A stretch of 14,121 bases of DNA from the NCBI GenBank assembly GCA_038321865.1, contig JBBQFH010000049.1, positions 1 through 14,121 on the forward strand, read 5' to 3'. Below the pieces are notes generated by a model that saw only the letters and a program-made list of their open reading frames with translations, ran no database searches and had not been told where the DNA came from. The position numbers and the translations under genes were made by a program. How positions within the stretch are numbered: position 1 is the first letter of the stretch; every line of letters begins with the position of its first letter. Shown here piece by piece: positions 7,238 through 14,121 of this stretch. Source of the stretch: Gemmatimonadales bacterium. GTDB lineage: Bacteria; Gemmatimonadota; Gemmatimonadetes; Gemmatimonadales; GWC2-71-9.

Positions 7238-9889
7238 ATGGACGGATCAATGGGCGCACGCCTGAGCTCGGCCGTTTCCGACCGGTACCTGATCGAGCGC
7301 GAGCTCGGCCGGGGCGGCATGGCCACGGTGTATCTCGCCCAGGATCGCAGGCACGACCGGCTGGTGGCGCTCAAGGTCCTGAAGCCCGAGCTCGCCGCCG
7401 TGCTCGGTGCCGAGCGCTTCGTACAGGAGATCAAGACCACCGCGGCGCTGCAGCACCCGCACATCCTTCCGCTCTTCGATTCTGGCACCGCCGACGGCTT
7501 CCTCTACTACGTGATGCCGTACATCCAGGGCGAAACGCTTCGCGGCAAGCTCGATCGCGAAACCCAGCTCGGCATCGAGGAGTCCGTGCGGATCACGACG
7601 AACGTCGCCGACGCGCTGGATTACGCGCATCGCCACGGCGTGATCCACCGCGACATCAAGCCCGAGAACATCCTGCTGCACGACGGCCGGCCGATGGTGG
7701 CCGACTTCGGCATCGCCCTCGCGCTCAGTGCCGCCGCCGGCGGGCGGATGACCGAGACCGGCATGTCGCTGGGCACGCCGCACTACATGAGCCCCGAGCA
7801 GGCCACCGCCGACAAGGAGATCTCCGGTCGCTCAGACATCTACTCGCTCGGCTCGGTCCTGTACGAGATGCTGACGGGCAATCCGCCGCACACCGGATCC
7901 TCGGCCCAGCAGATCATCATGAAGATCGTGACCGAGGAGGCGGCTCCAGTCACGAAGCTCCGGAGAGCGGTGCCGCCGAATGTAGCGGCGGCCGTGGCGA
8001 GGGCGCTGGAAAAGCTGCCCGCCGACCGGTTCGACAGTGCGCAGAGCTTCGCGCGCGCGTTGAACGACCGCGCATATCGTCCGGCTCGCGCCACCGCTCG
8101 CTGGTCGGTTCGTACGATCGTGCTCACCGGCGCGGTCACCCTTGCGTGCGCACTGGCTGTTGTCGCGGTGAGTGCGGCATGGGTGAACCGTCGAGCCGCG
8201 CCGGACCCGTCGCCGGGACGGGTCCAGTTCGTCGTCACGGCGAAAGGCGCGGCCGAGCCAGTGTACACCCTGACCTGGCCCGCAGTCGTTTCGCCCGATG
8301 GCCGCGCGATCGTCTACGCCGGCGCCGCCGGCAATGGCACCTATCAGTACTATTTGCGCGACGCCGGCCAGCTCGACTCGCATGCCATCCCCGGCACGAT
8401 TGAGGCGTCGCTGCCGACCTTCTCGCCGGACGGACGGTGGGTCGCGTTCCAGGCGCAGGACGGCCGGGTGAAAAAGGCCCGCCTCGATGGCAGCGCGCCC
8501 ATCGCTTTGGCCGAATACCACCAGGGCAACGGCATGGCGTGGTCGCCGCGCGGCGTCATCGTACTCGGCGCCGGCAGCAAGTGGCTGGGTCTCTCACGCA
8601 TGTCCGAGAACGGCGGCGCCCTCGCACCACTCACGACGCCGGACAGCGCCCACGCCGGCTGGCACATCTGGCCGGTCGTGCTCGCCGACGGCAGGACGAT
8701 CGTGTTCTCGGTGTGGAACTCGATGGATCCGACCCAGGGCTCCGAGCTCGCGTTCACATCGCTCGACGACCCTGTCGTCCACCTGACCGGCCTGCATGCG
8801 TTGCGTGCGCTGGGCGCGAGCGGTGAATACCTAGTCTACATCGCCGCTGACGGCGTCGTCATGGCGACGCGGTTCAATTTCCGGAATCGTCACGCCGTCG
8901 GAAGCTCGGTCGCGCTCATCGATTCGATTCCGGTGTGTCCGGTCTGCAACGGGGATGCGGCCGTCAGCCTGTCGGCGGGCGGAGCCCTCGCGTACATGCG
9001 CGGCGGCCCTCGCCGGCGCCTCGTGTGGGTGAATCGAGACGGCACCGAGACGAACGCCGGCCCCGACGCCGCGCTGATCCTGACGCCGCGAATCTCGCCG
9101 GACGGGAGCAGGATCGCAGCGGAGATCGACGCCGCGGGGCGGAAGGACATCTGGGTCTACCAGATCGCCACGCGCACGATGACGAGGATCACGACCGACG
9201 GCGACAATTCCGCCCCCGCATGGGGGGCGGACGGTCGCAGCATTCTCTTCCTCTCGGCGCGTGCGGGGCGTACGGCATTCGTGCGGCAGCCGCTCGATGC
9301 GAGCGCCGATGCAGCGCCGATCCTGAGCGGCATCGAAGGGCTGGAATGGGGCGCCGCGCTGTCCCCGGACGAGCGGCACGTCATCCGTCAATCCTCGACC
9401 GGTGCCACGATCAGCCTGGTGACGGCCGCCGTCGGTGGAGATTCGCAGCGGACCTTCGTTTCGGGCAACTATAACGCATGGGGCGCGCGATTCTCGCCCA
9501 GCGGCAGGTCGGTCGCGTATGCGTCGGACGAGTCCGGACGGACGGAGGTGTACATCAGGTCGTTCCCCGGTCCGGGAGTTCGCGTCCAGGTATCCGCGGG
9601 TGGAGGGTCGGAGCCGGTATGGTCCCGCGACGGACTCCGCCTGTATTACGCGGCGGGCAACCAGATGACGAGCGCCACGCTCGCGCCCGAGCCGAACGTA
9701 TCGGTCGTCACGCGCGACTCGCTCTTCTCTGCGCCATTCTTCGGCACGTACCTGACGCCGGCGACGTACGACGTCGGACCCGATGGCCGACTGCTCGTAC
9801 TCAAGCCTGATGAAGCGCACCTGCAGCTCGTGGTCGCGCTGAACTGGACCTCGGACCTGGGCGCTCGGGTCGCCGCGCCCACACCATGA
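7238..9889 (+). CDS. Receptor-like Ser/Thr protein kinase, copy 4 (883 aa): kinase, TM, TolB-like/PD40 ectodomain
   Basis: ATG 7238 lies 2 nt after the upstream TAG and follows purine-rich GGGGAAG; ATG 7250 is an alternative start. Motifs LGRGGMATV, VALK, QEI, HRDIKPEN, DFG, SPEQ, DIYSLG. TM 8117-8185. Blades VSPDGRAIVY, FSPDGRWVAF, ISPDGSRIA, FSPSGRSVAY, PVWSRDG. Confidence 0.92.
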   Translation: MDGSMGARLSSAVSDRYLIERELGRGGMATVYLAQDRRHDRLVALKVLKPELAAVLGAERFVQEIKTTAALQHPHILPLFDSGTADGFLYYVMPYIQGETLRGKLDRETQLGIEESVRITTNVADALDYAHRHGVIHRDIKPENILLHDGRPMVADFGIALALSAAAGGRMTETGMSLGTPHYMSPEQATADKEISGRSDIYSLGSVLYEMLTGNPPHTGSSAQQIIMKIVTEEAAPVTKLRRAVPPNVAAAVARALEKLPADRFDSAQSFARALNDRAYRPARATARWSVRTIVLTGAVTLACALAVVAVSAAWVNRRAAPDPSPGRVQFVVTAKGAAEPVYTLTWPAVVSPDGRAIVYAGAAGNGTYQYYLRDAGQLDSHAIPGTIEASLPTFSPDGRWVAFQAQDGRVKKARLDGSAPIALAEYHQGNGMAWSPRGVIVLGAGSKWLGLSRMSENGGALAPLTTPDSAHAGWHIWPVVLADGRTIVFSVWNSMDPTQGSELAFTSLDDPVVHLTGLHALRALGASGEYLVYIAADGVVMATRFNFRNRHAVGSSVALIDSIPVCPVCNGDAAVSLSAGGALAYMRGGPRRRLVWVNRDGTETNAGPDAALILTPRISPDGSRIAAEIDAAGRKDIWVYQIATRTMTRITTDGDNSAPAWGADGRSILFLSARAGRTAFVRQPLDASADAAPILSGIEGLEWGAALSPDERHVIRQSSTGATISLVTAAVGGDSQRTFVSGNYNAWGARFSPSGRSVAYASDESGRTEVYIRSFPGPGVRVQVSAGGGSEPVWSRDGLRLYYAAGNQMTSATLAPEPNVSVVTRDSLFSAPFFGTYLTPATYDVGPDGRLLVLKPDEAHLQLVVALNWTSDLGARVAAPTP

Positions 9890-12546
9890 CGGTGCCGAAT
9901 GTCGCGCTGACCGTCGCCCTCGCCGACCGCTACCGCATCGAGCGCGAGCTCGGCGCCGGCGGGATGGCGACGGTCTACCTGGCCGAGGATCTGAAGCACG
10001 GCCGGAGAGTCGCCATCAAGGTGCTTCGGCCCGAGCTGGCCGCGGTCATCGGCGCCGAGCGATTCGTGCGGGAAATCCGGACGATCGCGGCGCTGCAGCA
10101 TCCGCACATTCTGGGGCTCATCGACAGCGGCGAGGTGGAGGGGACCGCCTGGTACGCCATGCCGTTCGTGGAAGGGGAGAGTCTCCGCGACCGGCTCACG
10201 CGGGAGAAGCAGCTGCCCATCGCCGACGCGGTCCGCCTCGCCGGCGAGGTGGCCAGTGCGCTCGACTACGCGCATCGGCACGGCGTGATCCACCGCGACA
10301 TCAAGCCGGAGAACATCCTGCTGCACGACGGCTCGGCGCTGGTGGCCGATTTCGGGATCGCGCTCGCGGTCTCCAGCGCGAGCGGCACCCGCATGACCGA
10401 GACCGGGATGAGTCTCGGCACCCCGCACTACATGAGCCCCGAGCAGGCGATGGGCGAGCGCGAGATCACCGCGCGCTCCGACGTGTATGCTCTGGGCTGC
10501 GTGACCTACGAGATGCTGGTCGGCGAGCCGCCCTTCACCGGCCCCACGGCCCAGGCCATCGTCGCCCGGATGATGACGGAGGCGCCGCGTTCGCTTGCGG
10601 CCCAGCGGAGCACCGTCCCGCCCGCGGTCGAGGACGCGGTGATGACGGCGCTCGCCAAGCTGCCGGCCGACCGGTTCGCCTCGGCCGCGGAGTTCGCGGC
10701 GGCGCTCAGGAGTGATACGGGGCCGCGGCGGACGACGGCGATGCCCGCGCCCGCTCGTCGGAGTGCCCGCCCGGCCCGGATCGCCGCCGCCGCCGCCATC
10801 CTCACCCTCGTCGGCCTCGCGGCGTGGGGCTGGCTCCGCCCAGCGCAATCGGTGCTACCGGCGACCCGGCGCGTAGACGTGGCGCTCCCCGATTCGGCGC
10901 CGATCGAGTTCGTGGGTGAGGCACCGATCGGCGTCGGCCAGACCGCGCTCGCGCTCTCGCCCGACGGCCGGACGCTGGTATACGTCGGTGGCGGTGCCGG
11001 CCGGCGCACCCGGCTGTTCGTTCGCCCCCTCGACCGCTTCGAGGCCACGCCTCTTGCGGGCACCGACGGCGCCTACGGGCCGTTCTTTTCTCCCGACGGC
11101 GACTGGATCGGCTTCTTCGCCGAGAATCAGCTGCGGAAAGTGTCAGTCAGCGGCGGGGCCGTGTCGGTCCTCGCGGATGCGCCGGGCTCGACCGGCGGCG
11201 CCTGGTCGGAGGACGGAAGGATCGAGTTCCTCACCGCAGCCGGTGCCGACTGGAACGAGGTCGCGGCGGCGGGCGGGAAGTCGCGCGTCGTCTCGCACCG
11301 GCATTCGGGAGCCCTCAAGCCCCTCGGCTTTCTGCCCGGTGGACACTGGCTCCTCTGCACCACGTACGTGGACGAAGGGTTCTACATCCTGGTGGCACTT
11401 GCCACCGACGGACGGGACGCGCGCGTCCTGGTGCGGAACGGCGCCGCCCGGCCATGGCATGAGGGCTCGATCGTACCGGACGACGCCCTCCTCGGTGCGT
11501 CGCCGCAGTACGATCGCCGCGGCTCGCTGCTCTACACCCGCGCCGATGGCTCGCTCATGGCCGTCCGCTTCGACGCGAGCCGCCTCGAGGTGCAGGGTGA
11601 GCCCGTCACCGTCGCCCTTGGCCTTCGCCGCGAGTCGTGGACCGGTCACGCGCAGGTCGCGCTCGCAGGCGATGGGACGCTGGCTTATGTCACGGGAGCC
11701 AACTCCGACGTCGGCCCGCTCGCCTGGCTCGACCGGAGCGGCCGGCTCGACACGCTGCCGTTCCCAGTCGTGGGCTCGCTCGGCACCGACGTCTCGTCCG
11801 ACGGCAGAAGCCTCGCGGTCGCCATTCCGGCGATCGGCGGGAGCCTCGAACTCTGGGTGTATGATTTTGCGAGCGCCCAGCGGCAGCGGGTACTCGGCGG
11901 GCTCTGCGCGTCGGAGGTGCGCTGGTCGGCCGATGGCCGGACGGTCCTGGCCTGCCTCACAGGTGTCGGGCTCGTCCGCCTCGATCCGGCGCGGCCCGGT
12001 CGCATCGACACGCTCGCGCCGAATCGGGTCAATCCATCGTCGCCATCCCGTGACGGCCGCCTGCTCCTCCTGGGATCAGTCGATACCGATTCGGAGTTCG
12101 TGCTCGCGCTGGACGGGCGGAGCCGGCCGACTTCGGTGCCCTACACCACGACCGGCCCGTATCAGCCGAGCTTTTCTCCGGATGGTCATTGGGTGGCGTC
12201 GCTGGGACAACAGAACGGGGTATTCGTCGAGCCGTATCCGGTCACCGGGGAGGTCTACCGTGTCTCCGGTCAGCTCGAGGGCGATGTGCCCTCATGGTCG
12301 CCCGACGGACGCGAAATCATCTTTCCGTCGGCCTCGCAGCTCTACGCCGTGGCGGTGCAGCCCGGCCCGACGTTCCGCTTCGGCGCGCCGAGGCTCATCG
12401 CGGCGCAGCGGCTCGCCAATATCTCGGGGAGACCGTATGCGATGGCCCCCGACGGACGGCGGTTCCTGATTCGCGTGCCCACCGCGGAGCATGCGGCGCG
12501 GTCCATCCATCTGGTGTTGAACGGCGGCCCGGCGGCGGGACGGTGA
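9886..12546 (+). CDS. Receptor-like Ser/Thr protein kinase, copy 5 (886 aa): kinase, TM, TolB-like/PD40 ectodomain
   Basis: ATGA overlap with the copy 4 stop. Motifs LGAGGMATV, VAIK, REI, HRDIKPEN, DFG, SPEQ, DVYALG. TM IAAAAAILTLVGLAAWGWL at 10780-10836. Blades LSPDGRTLVY, FSPDGDWIGF, FSPDGHWVA, WSPDGREIIF. Confidence 0.94.
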   Translation: MTVPNVALTVALADRYRIERELGAGGMATVYLAEDLKHGRRVAIKVLRPELAAVIGAERFVREIRTIAALQHPHILGLIDSGEVEGTAWYAMPFVEGESLRDRLTREKQLPIADAVRLAGEVASALDYAHRHGVIHRDIKPENILLHDGSALVADFGIALAVSSASGTRMTETGMSLGTPHYMSPEQAMGEREITARSDVYALGCVTYEMLVGEPPFTGPTAQAIVARMMTEAPRSLAAQRSTVPPAVEDAVMTALAKLPADRFASAAEFAAALRSDTGPRRTTAMPAPARRSARPARIAAAAAILTLVGLAAWGWLRPAQSVLPATRRVDVALPDSAPIEFVGEAPIGVGQTALALSPDGRTLVYVGGGAGRRTRLFVRPLDRFEATPLAGTDGAYGPFFSPDGDWIGFFAENQLRKVSVSGGAVSVLADAPGSTGGAWSEDGRIEFLTAAGADWNEVAAAGGKSRVVSHRHSGALKPLGFLPGGHWLLCTTYVDEGFYILVALATDGRDARVLVRNGAARPWHEGSIVPDDALLGASPQYDRRGSLLYTRADGSLMAVRFDASRLEVQGEPVTVALGLRRESWTGHAQVALAGDGTLAYVTGANSDVGPLAWLDRSGRLDTLPFPVVGSLGTDVSSDGRSLAVAIPAIGGSLELWVYDFASAQRQRVLGGLCASEVRWSADGRTVLACLTGVGLVRLDPARPGRIDTLAPNRVNPSSPSRDGRLLLLGSVDTDSEFVLALDGRSRPTSVPYTTTGPYQPSFSPDGHWVASLGQQNGVFVEPYPVTGEVYRVSGQLEGDVPSWSPDGREIIFPSASQLYAVAVQPGPTFRFGAPRLIAAQRLANISGRPYAMAPDGRRFLIRVPTAEHAARSIHLVLNGGPAAGR

Positions 12547-14121
12547 GCCAGATCCCCGGCCGTCTCGCCGCCGCCCTCGCCGACCGCTACCGTATCGAGC
12601 GCGAGCTCGGCCAGGGCGGCATGGCGACCGTGTATCTCGCCGAAGATCTCAAGCACAAGCGCCGCGTGGCGGTGAAAGTGCTCAAGCCCGAGCTCGCGGC
12701 GGTCCTCGGCGCCGAGCGGTTCGTGCAGGAAATCACGACGACGGCGGCGTTGCAGCACCCGCACATCCTGCCGCTGTTCGATTCCGGCGCTGCCGACGGC
12801 TTTCTCTACTACGTCATGCCGTACATCGAGGGTGAAACCCTGCGCAGCAAGCTGGACCGGGAGAAGCAGCTCGGGATCGAGGACGCCGTGCGGATCACCC
12901 GCGACGTCGCTGACGCGCTCGATTACGCGCACCGACGCGGCGTCATCCACCGGGACATCAAGCCGGAAAACATCCTGCTGCACGACGGCCGGCCCATGGT
13001 GGCCGACTTCGGCATTGCGCTGGCACTCAGTGCGGCGGCAGGCGGCCGCATGACCGAGACCGGCCTTTCCCTGGGCACGCCGCACTACATGAGCCCCGAG
13101 CAGGCGACCGCCGAGAAGGACATCACCGCGCGTTCGGACGTGTACTCGCTGGGCAGCGTGCTCTACGAGATGCTGACCGGCAATCCGCCGCATGTCGGTG
13201 CCACGGCGCAGCAAATCATCATGAAGATCGTCGCCGAAGATGCGCGGCCGGTCACGCAGCTGCGCCGCTCCGTCCCGCGAAACGTCGCGGCCGCCGTCCG
13301 CAAGGCGATCGAAAAGCTGCCGGGCGACCGCTTCGAGAGTGCTGCCGCCTTTGGCGCGGCGCTCGGGGACGTTCACTACGTGGATCCGGCGGCAAAGGCG
13401 GCCGCCGTGCCGCTCAGACAGAATCGCCCGGCCCTCCTGATGGCGGGCGTCGCCGCGCTGGCGGTGCTTGCGACCGGCTGGAGCTACGTCCGCCGGCCCC
13501 GCTCCGCGTCACCCCGCCCGCTCGCGCGGCTGGTCGTCGCCCTCCCTGATTCCCAGCCCCTGACCGCGTCGGCAGGCCGCCGAATCGCGTTCACGCCCGA
13601 CGGCCGCGCCTTCGTGTACGTCGCCGACGGACCGGCCGGGACGCGGCTCTTCCTGCGGCCGCTCGACGCAATCGAGTCCACCCCGATTCCCGGCAGTGAG
13701 GGCGCGACGAACCCCGCGTTCTCACCAGATGGAGAGACGATCGCGTTCGTCGCGTTCGGGCCGTTCGCGATCCGGACGATCCCGCGGGCGGGCGGTGCCG
13801 CCACGACCATCGCGAGCGGCACGAACCTGGTGTCCGGCGGTGGGGTGGACTGGGGAGCTGACGGCTGGATCTATTTCGATGGCGGCACTGGTATCACGCG
13901 CATCCGTCCCGACGGATCCGGGCGCGAGGTCGTGGCACCGATGAAGCCTGCGGAAGCAGCCGCCTGGCCGACGGTGCTCCCGAACGGCCGTGCCGTACTG
14001 CTCCGGGTGCGGCGCACCGGTGAAACCGAGCAGCAGTACACGATCGAGGCCGCTGATCTGCGAACGCGGGTCCGGAAGACCCTCGTCCGTGCGCTCGCCG
14101 CGCGCTACGACCCTGCCGGCT
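12543..14121 (+). CDS. Receptor-like Ser/Thr protein kinase, copy 6 (3'-truncated by the window; absent from the ORF track)
   Basis: GTG 12543 overlaps the copy 5 stop (GTGA). Hand translation: MSQIPGRLAAALADRYRIERELGQGGMATVYLAEDLKHKRRVAVKVLKPEL...HRDIKPENILLHDGRPMVADFG...GTPHYMSPEQ...DVYSLGSVLYEMLTGNPPH. TM ALLMAGVAALAVLATGWSYV at 13431-13490, then IAFTPDGRAFVY and PAFSPDGETIAF. No stop seen before the window end. Confidence 0.93.
   Translation, partial: MSQIPGRLAAALADRYRIERELGQGGMATVYLAEDLKHKRRVAVKVLKPELAAVLGAERFVQEITTTAALQHPHILPLFDSGAADGFLYYVMPYIEGETLRSKLDREKQLGIEDAVRITRDVADALDYAHRRGVIHRDIKPENILLHDGRPMVADFGIALALSAAAGGRMTETGLSLGTPHYMSPEQATAEKDITARSDVYSLGSVLYEMLTGNPPHVGATAQQIIMKIVAEDARPVTQLRRSVPRNVAAAVRKAIEKLPGDRFESAAAFGAALGDVHYVDPAAKAAAVPLRQNRPALLMAGVAALAVLATGWSYVRRPRSASPRPLARLVVALPDSQPLTASAGRRIAFTPDGRAFVYVADGPAGTRLFLRPLDAIESTPIPGSEGATNPAFSPDGETIAFVAFGPFAIRTIPRAGGAATTIASGTNLVSGGGVDWGADGWIYFDGGTGITRIRPDGSGREVVAPMKPAEAAAWPTVLPNGRAVLLRVRRTGETEQQYTIEAADLRTRVRKTLVRALAARYDPAG

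Noticed and set aside
8117..8185. Lipobox-like TLAC in copy 4
   Set aside because: It lies in the middle of an internal TM helix about 300 residues from the N-terminus, not in a signal peptide.
10783..10797. (GCC)5 tract, also (GCC)4 at 377-388, as a phase-variation site
   Set aside because: In-frame triplets encoding poly-Ala in TM helices; slippage would not switch expression.
10916..12469. 517-aa alternative + frame ORF inside copy 5
   Set aside because: Low-complexity R/S/P/A composition typical of off-frame translation in high-GC DNA; no motifs.
1927..13376. Long minus-strand ORFs that resemble each other (1927-3231, 4579-5610, 7247-7783, 9646-10848, 12342-13376; recurring DVLGLDVAVDHAV)
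   Set aside because: These are antisense mirrors of the conserved kinase codons. High GC and codon bias suppress stops, so the similarity is inherited from the + strand genes.
1..14121. Diversity-generating retroelement, integron, shufflon or CRISPR as the source of variation
   Set aside because: No reverse transcriptase, recombinase, attC-like site, TR/VR pair or spacer array was seen. All repeats found lie inside kinase coding sequence. A trans-acting element outside the window cannot be excluded.

Overview
High-GC window filled entirely by a head-to-tail, + strand array of at least six paralogous receptor-like Hanks-type Ser/Thr kinase genes; the array runs off both edges. Each unit encodes an N-terminal RD kinase, a single transmembrane helix and a ~550-600 aa TolB-like/PD40 beta-propeller ectodomain. 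Kinase domains are strongly conserved, while linkers and ectodomains are highly divergent. Four of the five junctions overlap or nearly touch (ATGA, TAG-gc-ATG, ATGA, GTGA). The fifth is a 75-bp gap with a sigma70-like promoter. Copy 3 is broken by an apparent ~330-350 bp out-of-frame deletion that removes the kinase C-lobe and the TM helix. Copy 6 (GTG 12543) is missing from the supplied ORF track. The kinase N-terminal signature suggests Gemmatimonadota (inference). No RNA genes, mobile elements or CRISPR arrays were seen.
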